DNA of 63,222 nt, the filler included, from Octopus bimaculoides (lineage: Eukaryota), in assembly GCF_001194135.2 (NCBI RefSeq). It is 3 parts of 3 records of this genome, joined end to end, with 100 filler letters (N's around TTAATTAATTAA, not from the genome) between each part and the next. Parts side by side here need not be neighbours in the genome. Positions count along the whole stretch, not along the records: positions 1 to 30,750 come from NC_069007.1; positions 30,851 to 52,669 come from NC_068997.1; 1 more part is not named here. One strand, 5' to 3'. Numbering within the stretch: the first letter of the stretch is position 1; each line of letters begins with the position of its first letter. This document shows, in pieces, positions 26,651 through 39,542 of this stretch. The notes below the pieces were generated by a model. That model saw only the letters and a program-made list of their open reading frames with translations. It had not been told where the DNA came from and did not search any database. The position numbers were made by a program, and so were the translations under genes.

Positions 26651-28820
26651 AGTGTATCCTTACGCATATGTGTATGTGTGTGTGTGTGTGTGTGAGTGTA
26701 TCCTTACGCATATGTGTATGTGTATGTGTGTGTGTATTGACAAATCACATGTAATAATGAGAGGAGTAGACCTCAATATCATTAGAAATAGAGGGATATA
26801 TGCATTGAATGACATAGTTATGGAGACTCACATACAGGACTTGAAGTTTCTGTGCCTGCCTTAAGGTAAGGGCACCGGGCTTATGACAGGTGAAGTGCAA
26901 CAGTCATATCGTTAACTCAGAAACTTAAAGTCCTATATCTGCTTTTCCATATGCCTATCATTCAATATATGTATCATCATCATCTTCATATATATCATCA
27001 TCATGTTCACTTTCCATGTTGGCATGGGTTAGACTGGTAAGCTGGAGAGCCACACCTGGTTCCAGTTTGATTTGGCATTGGTTCTAAACCTGGATACCCT
27101 TTCTAACACCAACCACTTTACAGAGTGTAATGGGTGCTTTCAACAGACCACTGGCACGAGTGCCATTTGCATGATACTGGTAATGACTATAACTACGATT
27201 TCAGGGTTGCCCTTTCCATGGCCCTGACAGCAGTCATGACTATGTTTCCCCTTGGATCGATGAGACTTTCCAAGCACAACATATTACCAAGTTCTCAGTT
27301 ACTTGTCATTGCCTCATGTGTGTGTGTGTGTGTGTGTGTATGTGTGTGTGTGTGTGTGTGTGTGTACATATATAAATTTACAGAAAACAAAAGATGAAGA
27401 CAGAAGTAGGAACATCAAACAAGCGTATTAGTTTAACGCTTGGAAAGAATGGAAAAGTCTTTTATGATTTGAGCCTATGCTCTTCAGCAGAAAGGATTGA
27501 AAGGAAAAAGAACGGAATAAATATAGAATGATGCGGAGGCAAAGCCAACTCCTCCAGCATTGAGGTGCAAAATAAGGAAAATTCTTAGTCTCAGCAACTC
27601 TGAGAAAGTTTTCCTTCTTTACTTCATTTGGCACAGCTTCACTTGTGCCAGTGTGGTCAGTTGAAAACTTTGTATATAAATTGTGAGTAGTTTCCAGAGG
27701 TCTTCAGGAGAGATTGTACAGTTCTTCAGAGCCTTCCTTTCAACAGCTTTACAACGTATAGGCTGCAAACATTGACACGAGGCCCGGATTAACCACTTAA
27801 GCATGTCCCTTAGTGGCTGACGATATGTGCATCTCTGATGAAGAGCAGGAGTAGTGGAGGAGTATCATAGCCATAGAGGAATTCTTTGGAGTTTGAATAA
27901 GTGTAAGAAAATCAAAGTTTGAAGGAAATATTAACCATTTTTCATGTTTTCTAGGGATAAGCAAATTGGAAATAACAGTTTCTACCCAAGGACAAAAATT
28001 GTGTTACAGTTTTATCTATGAACACGGATTACTTCTCTCACTAGGATTCCTCATTCCATTCCAACTGTAGCTTTCTCAACAATTGCTTGGATTTCTTGAA
28101 GCTAAATTTATAAGTTCTAAAATTGCAGAAGAATTCATTGCTGGGCAGTTTAGTTTAATGGTAAAACACTTGATGTGTAATCACAGAGATGTGAGTTCGA
28201 GTCTCATGGCTGGCCAGTAACGTATTTTTCTGCAGTATATGGATAATTTATACTGATCTCGCTATTTATAGCATTATCACGCGTTTGAGAAATAAATTTA
28301 TTTCTGCATCTTATAATAGAAGGTGTGTTTTAAGAGAGATTTGGGTGCTATTTCTAGCATGTCTAAGAACTGCATATAAGAAGCACCATTCTGTGACTGA
28401 TTAAAAAGTATTTGAACAAAAAGTTGGAGATAGGTATTATTATCACTGAGATCAAAATAACTAGAAGTGATTAGAAAAAAGTTTGTAACTTATGTTGACA
28501 TGGAGACATTTGCCAATAGAATATGAGATGATGGAGCAGGGGAATGGTTTCAAATGAATTCATTAATGAAATTGAAAGTGCGATAAAGATACCACTTTCA
28601 GTAAATCGAAGATGTTGAAATGGAATTATAATTTGATTCAGTTGTGAGACAGTATTAAGTTTAACACACAAGCAGAGACAGATTGTCTTGAAGAATTCCT
28701 GCAGATGACTTCTGCTCTACATGAAACAGTAATTGATATTCACATGCATGTGCACATATAGACAAACACACACCATACACAGACAAGTGTATACATACAC
28801 ACATATATATTTGTGTTTGG

Positions 28821-28897
<77 letters not shown>

Positions 28898-29679
28898 TGA
28901 GTGTTTTTATACATGTATGCATAAATATATGTGTATGTATGAGTATATATGTATATATATATATATATATATNNNNNNNNNNNNNNNNNNNNNNNNNNNN
29001 NNNNNNNNNNNNNNNNNNNNNNNNNNNNNNNNNNNNNNNNNNNNNNNNNNNNNNNNNNNNNNNNNNNNNNNNNNNNNNNNNNNNNNNNNNNNNNNNNNNN
29101 NNNNNNNNNNNNNNNNNNNNNNNNNNNNNNNNNNNNNNNNNNNNNNNNNNNNNNNNNNNNNNNNNNNNNNNNNNNNNNNNNNNNNNNNNNNNNNNNNNNN
29201 NNNNNNNNNNNNNNNNNNNNNNNNNNNNNNNNNNNNNNNNNNNNNNNNNNNNNNNNNNNNNNNNNNNNNNNNNNNNNNNNNNNNNNNNNNNNNNNNNNNN
29301 NNNNNNNNNNNNNNNNNNNNNNNNNNNNNNNNNNNNNNNNNNNNNNNNNNNNNNNNNNNNNNNNNNNNNNNNNNNNNNNNNNNNNNNNNNNNNNNNNNNN
29401 NNNNNNNNNNNNNNNNNNNNNNNNNNNNNNNNNNNNNNNNNNNNNNNNNNNNNNNNNNNNNNNNNNNNNNNNNNNNNNNNNNNNNNNNNNNNNNNNNNNN
29501 NNNNNNNNNNNNNNNNNNNNNNNNNNNNNNNNNNNNNNNNNNNNNNNNNNNNNNNNNNNNNNNNNNNNNNNNNNNNNNNNNNNNNNNNNNNNNNNNNNNN
29601 NNNNNNNNNNNNNNNNNNNNNNNNNTATATATATATAAGTATATATATATATTTATACATATATACACAATCTTGCAGG

Positions 29680-30370
29680 GTATATAATAACTGTCCTGTA
29701 GGAGGCTGATGCGAGGCTATGGTGATATCTAGACCTGATATCCACAATAACAGTAATGTAGCGTCAGACAGCAATATTATTAGCAGATTAACCAGTTCTC
29801 ATGCCAATACAATTGTCACACCCAGAGATAACCAGTCCAGGAGCAGCATCACAGGGAGCATCACCAAAGACCCCTACCACCATCACAGATAATGAACAAA
29901 CCATAGATACAAATAGAGTAACTAGGCCCACAAAGTATGTTACCACCAGGGCAGACACTGCACCTAGAAATAATGTCATATCCAGGACCAGCGACTTGGA
30001 GGAGGTATCTACTGTTCCCAGTTCTGCCACCTCAGAAGATGACCAAATAATTGTCTTCAACACCGATGGGATGATCAGCCCCACACTGTATATTACCAGG
30101 AGTGCGAATAGGACCACATCCCATGTGAGTAAATATATTGGTTCTGCAAGTACTTCATTTAAGCGATGTTTTCATAACCACCAGTCATCCTTCAGAGTCC
30201 CAGAAAGATAGTTTGTCATGTCCCTGGCCCACTGTGTATGGTACCTCAAAGATCAAGGGTCCCCATGTGGTATCAGGTGGAAATTAATTAATCATCCAGG
30301 CCCGTATATTAATGGAAGTGAGCGTTGCAATATTTGCATCGTGGAGAGAGCCAAAATTCTTAACGACTAT
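29680..30370 (+). mobile_element. Penelope-like element GIY-YIG endonuclease remnant
   Basis: NNCPVGG.C, KYIGSASTSFKRCFHNHQSSF, SLAHCVWYLK...IRWKLI and CNIC..ERAKIL match the PLE GIY-YIG/CCHH layout; stops present. Confidence 0.7.
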
Positions 30371-32080
30371 AAGAGTGGCACTCCGTTGCTTACGACATCA
30401 AGGGTTCCAGTTGATTCGATCAATGGAACAGCCTGCTCGTCAAATTAACGTGCAAGTGGCTGAGCACTCCACAGACACGTGTACCCTTAACGTAGTTCTC
30501 GGGGATATTCAGCGTGACACAGTGTGACAAGGCTGACCCTTTGAATTACAGGCACAACAGAAATAGGAAGTAAGAGTGAGATAAAGTTGTGGTGAAAGAG
30601 TACAGCAGGGTTCGCCGCCATCCCCTGCCGGAGCCTCGTGGAGCTTTAGGTGTTTTGGCTCAATAAACACAATGCCCGGTTTGGGAATCGAAACCGCGAT
30701 CCTATGACCGCGAATCCGCTGCCCTAACCACTGTGCCTCCACTTATCTATNNNNNNNNNNNNNNNNNNNNNNNNNNNNNNNNNNNNNNNNNNNNTTAATT
30801 AATTAANNNNNNNNNNNNNNNNNNNNNNNNNNNNNNNNNNNNNNNNNNNNTATATATATATACCATTTGATACACAAACATACGTGTGTGTGTGTGTGTC
30901 TGTGTAGCTGTGTGTGTCTGTGTGTGTCTGTGTGTGTGTGTGTGTGTCTGTGTGTGTGTGTGTCTGTGTGTGCGTGCGTGCGTGGGTGTGCGTGTTACTG
31001 TGTACCTCTTCCTTTTCTTCGTCGTCGTCGTCGCCGTCGACCCCTTTGTCTTCGTTTTTTTCTCTTCCTTTTGCTTAGCTTTCCTCCTCCCCCTCCTCCT
31101 CCTCCTCCTTTCGGTTTCCCTCACCAATTCTCCTACTGTCAAATAAGTCAACAATAACATTAACCAAGTGTAGGTGTTCGACTATAAAAACCTCAACACA
31201 TCACTGCAGTCCCAATCAAAACACCATCAACAGACGCAAACCATGGACTTCTCTGATCTGTAAGTAACCAAGTTTCCTTACACTTTTATAAATACACACA
31301 CACATATACACACACACACATACACATACATACATACATACATACATACATACATACATACATACATACATACATACATTCTTGTTTTTGGCACTCCGTC
31401 GCTTACGACGTCGAGGGTTCCAGTTGATCCGATCAACAGAACAGCCTGCTCGTAAAATTAACGTGCAAGTGGCTGAGCACTCCACAGACACGTGTACCCT
31501 TAACGTAGTTCTCGGGGATATTCAGCGTGACACAGAGTGTGACAAGGCTAGCCCTTTAAATTACAGGTACAACAGAAACAGGAAATAAGAGTGAGAGAAA
31601 GTTTTGGTGAAAGAGTACAGCAGGGTTCGCCACCATCCTCTGCCGGAGCCTCGGTGAGCTTTAGGTGTTTTCGTTCAATAAACATTCACAACGCCCGGTC
31701 TGGGAATCGAAACCGCGATCCTATGACCGCGAGTCCGCTGCCCTAACCACTGGGCCATTGCACCTCCACATACATACATACATACAAGTGTGTGAATCTT
31801 AGCGAAGGATATGCTGAATAAAATCATAATTAACTGATCCGCCCTCATTTTCTCTTACTGAAAGCCAAGAACTTTTCAGCCAAGAACGTACATACATACA
31901 TACAAACATGTAATACTTCACCCCTGGAATCATGGGTGTTTTGTTCATCATCCTTAAACAACCCTTATTCAGGGACCTTTTGAGCGGGAAGGGCTACTCG
32001 TCGTAAAGTTTGGGCCTCGTAAATTTATACCCCAGCGTCACTTTGATGGCGTGTGAGAGATGCCCTCTCACTATGAAAGA

Positions 32081-32145
32081 TGCTCTCTCGCTATGAAAGA
32101 TGCTCTCTCGCTATGAAAGATGCTCTCTTGCTATGTATGTGTATA
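32081..32145. repeat. 20-bp minisatellite, 3 copies
   Basis: ctatgaaagatgctctctcg repeated. Confidence 0.85.
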
Positions 32146-32508
32146 TAGGCGGATGGCCAAGTGGTTAGAGTGTTGCTCTTACGATCGCGAGATCGTGGTT
32201 TCAATTCCTGGACCGGGTGATGCATTGTGTTCTTGAGCAAAACGTTTCATCAAACATTGCTCGGCCATCCCTTCGAAACCTGACGTATGGTACACGTCAG
32301 GTGTCGAAGGGATCACAAAACAATGTGTTGCCAGGACAACGTTGATTTGGTGGCGCAGTGAGTTAATGTACAGCACGTGCCTTTGATCACTATAAAGAAT
32401 CCTTTTGTGCAGGCTGCTCAGCCAGAAATTGCAGAACCGTCTTGTTTTGACCGTGAGAGACAACCGTGAGAGACAACCATATGTATGTTGTCAACCGTGA
32501 GAGACAAC

Positions 32509-32547
<39 letters not shown>

Positions 32548-33486
32548 NNNNNNNNNNNNNNNNNNNNNNNNNNNNNNNNNNNNNNNNNNNNNNNNNNNNN
32601 NNNNNNNNNNNNNNNNNNNNNNNNNNNNNNNNNNNNNNNNNNNNNNNNNNNNNNNNNNNNNNNNNNNNNNNNNNNNNNNNNNNNNNNNNNNNNNNNNNNN
32701 NNNNNNNNNNNNNNNNNNNNNNNNNNNNNNNNNNNNNNNNNNNNNNNNNNNNNNNNNNNNNNNNNNNNNNNNNNNNNNNNNNNNNNNNNNNNNNNNNNNN
32801 NNNNNNNNNNNNNNNNNNNNNNNNNNNNNNNNNNNNNNNNNNNNNNNNNNNNNNNNNNNNNNNNNNNNNNNNNNNNNNNNNNNNNNNNNNNNNNNNNNNN
32901 NNNNNNNNNNNNNNNNNNNNNNNNNNNNNNNNNNNNNNNNNNNNNNNNNNNNNNNNNNNNNNNNNNNNNNNNNNNNNNNNNNNNNNNNNNNNNNNNNNNN
33001 NNNNNNNNNNNNNNNNNNNNNNNNNNNNNNNNNNNNNNNNNNNNNNNNNNNNNNNNNNNNNNNNNNNNNNNNNNNNNNNNNNNNNNNNNNNNNNNNNNNN
33101 NNNNNNNNNNNNNNNNNNNNNNNNNNNNNNNNNNNNNNNNNNNNNNNNNNNNNNNNNNNNNNNNNNNNNNNNNNNNNNNNNNNNNNNNNNNNNNNNNNNN
33201 NNNNNNNNNNNNNNNNNNNNNNNNNNNNNNNNNNNNNNNNNNNNNNNNNNNNNNNNNNNNNNNNNNNNNNNNNNNNNNNNNNNNNNNNNNNNNNNNNNNN
33301 NNNNNNNNNNNNNNNNNNNNNNNNNNNNNNNNNNNNNNNNNNNNNNNNNNNNNNNNNNNNNNNNNNNNNNNNNNNNNNNNNNNNNNNNNNNNNNNNNNNN
33401 NNNNNNNNNNNNNNNNNNNNNNNNNNNNNNNNNNNNNNNNNNNNNNNNNNNNNNNNNNNNNNNNNNNNNNNNNNNNNNNNNNNNNN

Positions 33487-34278
33487 TTTAAGGAGAAAAT
33501 GCTCCAAAAACTTGCAAAAACATTTGTGAAGTTTATGGTGATGAGGCTGTAGGTGAATCAACTGTTAGAAGGTGGTTTGCAAAACTTAGAGCTGGAGAGT
33601 TTAGCTTAGAAGATGACAGTTGCAGTGGAAGACCTTCAAAATTGGATGAGGACGTTTTGAAGGTAAAAACTGAAGAAAACTCAAATATCACGACTAGAAA
33701 ACTTGCAGAAGAGCTGGAAGTTTCTAAATGTACAGCTCCTGAACACCTAATAAAGCTAGAATACATTTCTCGCTATAATGTATGGGTCCCTCACAAACTC
33801 TCAGAAAAGAATTGCTTGGACCGGTATTCCGTTTGTGATGTGCTTTTGAAACGGAATGAAAACATACCTTTTTTGAAACAACTTGTAACTGGAGATGAAA
33901 AATGAATTGCGTATGAAAACGTAGTACGGAAAAGATCATGGAGTTTGCGTAAGGATGACCCAAAACAGCAACCAAAGACGAATATCCATGCCAAAAAGCT
34001 ATGCTTTGTGTTTGGTGGGGTCATAAAGGCTTTCCCTACAAAACCAGACCATTAATTCTGATGTTTACTTTCGTCAGCTGGCTTACTTGAACAAAAAAAA
34101 AAAAATCAAAGAATTGAGGCTGGAGATTGCCAACAGGAAAGTGGTAGTGTTCCAACAAGACAATGCCCGACCACATGTGTCTTTGACTACCCGAACAAAG
34201 TTACGTAAACTTGGTTGGGATCTCTTACTCCATCCACCATATTCTCTTGATATTGTGCCATCAGACTACAACTTGTGA
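33487..34278 (+). mobile_element. Mariner transposase pseudogene
   Basis: HTH region, SGRP, WVPHKL, VTGDEK, QDNARPH and HPPYSLDIVPSDY motifs, with stops, frameshifts and deletions. Confidence 0.92.
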
Positions 34279-35052
34279 CACAAGGGCTCATTGGTATTTA
34301 TTTCATTGACTCCCGAATGGATGAAAGACAATATCAACCCTTCAGCTGAAGTTGAACTCAGAACGTAAAGACAGACGAAATGCCGCTAAGCATTTTGACC
34401 AGCGTGCCAAAATAGCACAGTCTGCTAGCACAAGCTTATAAAAAAATCCCCTTTTCTTCTTCTTCTTCTTCTTCTTCTTCTTCTTCTTCTTCTTCTTCTT
34501 CTTCTTCTTCTTCATCTTCTTCTTCTCCTCCTCCTCCTCCTTCTTCTTCTTCTACTATCCGTCATAGGTCAACGTTGTTCTTTCTAATTTTGTTTCAAAG
34601 CCAGCAATTTTGAGGAGGGAGGTCGATTACATGAATTCCAATGCTCAGCCGGTATTTATTTTAATTTCAAGCTGTCTTTTAAATTGAAACTGTCTTGTAC
34701 AGTATGCTGGGCTTGTATATGACATGGCCACTTGCTTGGACTCGAAAAAATCTTGTGACCGTCGATATAGAGTTTTGTTTTTGTTGAGTTTTGTTTTTTT
34801 GTCTAAAAGTTCTATATCCAAACAACCGCTGTTCTACTTATTGGTGCTCACATCCTATGTCTTTCCATTTCAAGATTATTACACTCCGACAATTATTTCC
34901 TGGTAGTGTCTAGTGGGGCTTGGCTAATATTTTACACAGTAAATGTTATTAACAACTTTTCAGGGTGGTAGCGAATAACAATGTAAACGGTTTTTTAAAA
35001 ATAATTTCTGAACAGAAGACCTCCCTGCGTACTGACAATTCATATTTTTGTG

Positions 35053-35060
35053 TATAAATA
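35053..35060 (+). promoter_or_regulatory. Candidate TATA box of paralog A
   Basis: TATAAATA ending 36 nt upstream of the ATG. The region is AT-rich, so a chance match is possible. Confidence 0.35.
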
Positions 35061-35095
35061 AACTGTATAGCGACGTCGATTATTTTAAATAACCA

Positions 35096-36574
35096 ATGAA
35101 CATTTTAGAAGATTTTAATAGTGTCAACTTTTCGTTTCCTTTCAGTTCTGATTTTATCGAACCATTTAAAATACATATTGTAGAAAATATACAGATCAAT
35201 ACTCGTAACGACAGATTAACTGCTCTCGAGAAAACTGGTTACAACGTCTTTAAAATACATCCCGAAGATGTTATTATTGATTTCCTCACAGACGCTGGTA
35301 CTAATGGTTTGAGTCTTAAGCAAAATTCAAGATTATGGATGGGCGATGAAAGCTATGCTGGATCAAGTAGTTTCGAAATTTTGAAGGACAACACCACCTA
35401 CATTTCTGGTTTTGAAAACATATTACCTGTTTTTTCTAAACGTACTAGCGAAGAGATTGTCGCTTCTTATCTCGCAAAAGCTGGAGACAAAGTCATTGGA
35501 AATACGTTTACTTACACGCTTGAAAATCATCTGAAGCATATTAAGGCGGAACCGATTTCTATGGTGGATTGGTCAGATGAGAATTTCGGAGGAAATTTAG
35601 ATACTAAAGCATTCAGAAATTTCCTGAAACAAAATGATAAAGAAGAAATTTCTTTCGTTATCATGAATGTACCATCAAAGAATCTTGGTGGCCAGCCGGT
35701 TAGTATGTCCAACATGAAAGAAGTTTCCGATCTTTGTCGAGAACATTCGATTCCCATCTATATCGAAAGCAGTATGTATGGTGAGAATTGCTGGCGCACA
35801 AAGATGCACGAAGAAAACTATTTTAATAAATCATTGGTTGAAATATCTCTGGAAATGTTCTCGTATTTCGATGGCTGCATCCTTTCTGCTAAAAGAGACG
35901 GCAGAAGTGAGATAGGGAGCGTCATTTGTCTTCGAGACGAAGAAATGATTCGAGAACTGGGCAGTGTTATAACCTTTAAAGCAGGTTTCATCACTTATGG
36001 TGGAATGGCTGGCCGAGACATGGAAATAGTAGCAGAAGGCATGCGCAGTGCATTGGATGAACAGCTCCAAGATTATAGAGAAAAACAATTAGCATATTTC
36101 AAAAAATCCTTGAAGGAATTTGGAGTCCCAATTGTAGAACCTATTGGTTGCAACACCATCTTCATTGACGCCGAAAAAGCTTTCCCACAACTTAGTCGAA
36201 AGTTTTATCCCGCTTGGTCTTTAGCTTGTGCTGCTTATATAATCGGGGGTATTCGATGCGCAGAGTTTGGTCAAATTACACATGCAACCCAAAGCTTACC
36301 CGATGATCATCCACTAAAAGGCCGAGAATTGATCAAACTTGAGGTACCTCGTTTTATATATACGACATGTCATTTCATTTATGTCGCCTACGTTTTCTCG
36401 CAGCTGATTTCTCATAAAATGATTTCTGGAATGGAAATTGTCGATTCCCCTGAATGTAAAGTAAAACATATTAAAACATCGATGGTACCACTCAGCTCGA
36501 TGGACTATGGAGATATCCATCTTCTACCAGTGCTGCAAAATTGTGATCACCTCCACTTCTTTAAACACATTTAA
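35096..36574 (+). CDS. Tryptophanase/tyrosine phenol-lyase family (beta-eliminating lyase, fold-type I PLP) paralog A; uninterrupted ORF, lacks the Schiff-base Lys
   Basis: Intact 492-aa ORF colinear with TnaA/TPL: EPFKI, DFLTDAGT, MGDESYAGS, GGQPVSM, EMFSYFDG, GFITYGGMAGRDME, GGIRCAEFG, PRFIYT. The SxKKD motif reads SAKRD (R267, AGA at 35894-35896). In-frame TAA at 35090-35092 lies just upstream of the ATG. Confidence 0.93.
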   Translation: MNILEDFNSVNFSFPFSSDFIEPFKIHIVENIQINTRNDRLTALEKTGYNVFKIHPEDVIIDFLTDAGTNGLSLKQNSRLWMGDESYAGSSSFEILKDNTTYISGFENILPVFSKRTSEEIVASYLAKAGDKVIGNTFTYTLENHLKHIKAEPISMVDWSDENFGGNLDTKAFRNFLKQNDKEEISFVIMNVPSKNLGGQPVSMSNMKEVSDLCREHSIPIYIESSMYGENCWRTKMHEENYFNKSLVEISLEMFSYFDGCILSAKRDGRSEIGSVICLRDEEMIRELGSVITFKAGFITYGGMAGRDMEIVAEGMRSALDEQLQDYREKQLAYFKKSLKEFGVPIVEPIGCNTIFIDAEKAFPQLSRKFYPAWSLACAAYIIGGIRCAEFGQITHATQSLPDDHPLKGRELIKLEVPRFIYTTCHFIYVAYVFSQLISHKMISGMEIVDSPECKVKHIKTSMVPLSSMDYGDIHLLPVLQNCDHLHFFKHI

Positions 36575-36578
36575 TAAA
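36573..36578 (+). terminator. Candidate polyadenylation signal overlapping the stop codon of paralog A
   Basis: AATAAA overlaps the TAA stop at 36572-36574. Confidence 0.3.
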
Positions 36579-36938
36579 CCAGTTTTAACCACTCAACACC
36601 TGCTTAGAAATACCAACCTTTCATTTGAATTACACTCCTCTTAAAATAGATGAGATACATCTGATAATGTCGTCTTGAATGCCCTAAAGAGAACAGATAA
36701 CATGCAGTTAGTCCCAGATCAATTAAGGATAATCTAGGATTAAACAATATATGTAACAACAACATCAATAACACAGACTCAAGAGATTTTTATTTTGCGC
36801 TCAAATTCATCTGAAAATATATTTTATAATTCATATATTTTTATAATTTGGCGAAATATTCTGTTAATTTTTGTTCGTATTTCTTTTCAATGCTTCTACT
36901 CCAGTTCCCCATATCTATCTATCTATATATATATATAT

Positions 36939-37074
36939 ATCAAAATAAGCAACAAGGATATCCAAAGTTAACGCAGTACGATCATTTCATACGACTCCAC
37001 ATATTTAGATAAGTGGAGTCGCATGAAACGATCGTATTGCATTAACTTTGGATTTCCTTGTTGCTTATTTTGAT
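36939..37074. repeat. 62-bp-arm palindrome (12-nt loop) downstream of paralog A
   Basis: Arms at 36939-37000 and 37013-37074, with 5 mismatches by manual comparison. Confidence 0.85.
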
Positions 37075-37989
37075 TTTAATCACCATATTTTGAAATTTTA
37101 TGGATAATACGGTACTTAATTCTGGTTCCTAAACTTAAGTACCATATTCACCTTGAATCTAAATTTTATATAACTACCTATTGATTGAGCTCTATCTCCC
37201 TCTAACAAAAGTATTTGGCCATTAAATTCTTAAATATGATTGCATTCACAAAATCTCTTCAACTAAAACATTGTGCTATGTATATTATCATAACAAACAA
37301 GGAAATAAAATGTATTTGGAAACTCGAAGATATTTTTCTCGTGATTTTTACTATTGTTTTATCAACTCTTTAAGAAAAAGAATAATAATTCTACGGAAAT
37401 AATTTCTAATTTTGGAAGACATTGTGATGCAATATTGCTATTTATCATTTATTATGCTAATGCTATTTAGCCTTTCAAAAATAATGAAATGCCTTTGTCA
37501 CATTAAAAATGAGACGACAAAATACTATAAAGTGAAAACGCGTGGCTGCCCTATTCGAAAATAGAACCCATGTGATATATGGTCAAAATACCACCGCGGT
37601 GAATATGATGACGAAGTAAATCTATATAGATTTTTATATAGATAAGGATATGACCATTATTTAACGATCAAATCAAGTGGCAGCATGAGAAGAAAAAACC
37701 TCATAGGTTATAATTATTATTAAAATTATTGAAATTTTCCTTTATTGTATGATATTGCACCTAGCTGTTTATATTAATTTGTGTGTGTGTGTGTGTATGC
37801 GCGTGTAGAAGGTTGATAGGTATGACCGTTCAGAGAGTGACCATTGGTTTCGCACCTATAAAGCGCTTAGCTCTATAAGCGACTCGTCAGACTCAAATGG
37901 CCGGAGGTATATAACCTCTCTACAACTGCAGAGAGAAAAAACATCACCTATAAACTACTTATGCATTATTATCTTATTTGTATCTCTTC

Positions 37990-38023
<34 letters not shown>

Positions 38024-39542
38024 NNNNNNNNNNNNNNNNNNNNNNNNNNNNNNNNNNNNNNNNNNNNNNNNNNNNNNNNNNNNNNNNNNNNNNNNNNNNN
38101 NNNNNNNNNNNNNNNNNNNNNNNNNNNNNNNNNNNNNNNNNNNNNNNNNNNNNNNNNNNNNNNNNNNNNNNNNNNNNNNNNNNNNNNNNNNNNNNNNNNN
38201 NNNNNNNNNNNNNNNNNNNNNNNNNNNNNNNNNNNNNNNNNNNNNNNNNNNNNNNNNNNNNNNNNNNNNNNNNNNNNNNNNNNNNNNNNNNNNNNNNNNN
38301 NNNNNNNNNNNNNNNNNNNNNNNNNNNNNNNNNNNNNNNNNNNNNNNNNNNNNNNNNNNNNNNNNNNNNNNNNNNNNNNNNNNNNNNNNNNNNNNNNNNN
38401 NNNNNNNNNNNNNNNNNNNNNNNNNNNNNNNNNNNNNNNNNNNNNNNNNNNNNNNNNNNNNNNNNNNNNNNNNNNNNNNNNNNNNNNNNNNNNNNNNNNN
38501 NNNNNNNNNNNNNNNNNNNNNNNNNNNNNNNNNNNNNNNNNNNNNNNNNNNNNNNNNNNNNNNNNNNNNNNNNNNNNNNNNNNNNNNNNNNNNNNNNNNN
38601 NNNNNNNNNNNNNNNNNNNNNNNNNNNNNNNNNNNNNNNNNNNNNNNNNNNNNNNNNNNNNNNNNNNNNNNNNNNNNNNNNNNNNNNNNNNNNNNNNNNN
38701 NNNNNNNNNNNNNNNNNNNNNNNNNNNNNNNNNNNNNNNNNNNNNNNNNNNNNNNNNNNNNNNNNNNNNNNNNNNNNNNNNNNNNNNNNNNNNNNNNNNN
38801 NNNNNNNNNNNNNNNNNNNNNNNNNNNNNNNNNNNNNNNNNNNNNNNNNNNNNNNNNNNNNNNNNNNNNNNNNNNNNNNNNNNNNNNNNNNNNNNNNNNN
38901 NNNNNNNNNNNNNNNNNNNNNNNNNNNNNNNNNNNNNNNNNNNNNNNNNNNNNNNNNNNNNNNNNNNNNNNNNNNNNNNNNNNNNNNTTTTTTCTTTTTT
39001 TTTTTTTTTCGCGTCATTCGGAAGACTTTGGTGAAAAATATTGGAAAAACTTCCAGTCAAAACGGAGAAATTCCGGCTTACGTGGGCCGTCTGATCCGAA
39101 ACTCACTTTCCCAACTAATGAAATCATAGAGTTACTGCGTTTTATTGTCATTGATATTGAGGTGGTTTGCCATTTCCTTCCTCAAATGGATGGCCGTCGG
39201 CTCTTCCGTTCTACGACAGGTTTTATTTTCGTCCTATTGGCTGTCCAGACACCCTCCTGACAAGAGTCGCAAGCGACTCAAACAAGGGTTTTTGGTTTAC
39301 TCGCCGACCAGTAGCCAGCAATTAAACCGGCTCCCTGCTCTTAAGTAACCTGCTTCCCATTCAAGTGGTCGGTGATGACCAACGAGCACACACTCAGATA
39401 CACACACACACACATACACATAGCAGGCGCACTAACGTATACGCATATATGCACACACGCAATCGCAAGTACACACACACACTTTTTTTAATCTCCTCCT
39501 TCACTTCGCTTGTAAATAACTACGTCTCTACACCCCTACATG

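Noticed and set aside
30795-30806. TTAATTAATTAA island inside an N run (also 52714-52725)
   Set aside because: Identical 12-mer centred in gaps, giving stops in all frames; a scaffolding linker, not biology.
35894-35896. Lys-to-Arg change in paralog A as a single-base sequencing error
   Set aside because: At least seven other same-subunit PLP/substrate ligands are also replaced, so loss of the site is systematic.
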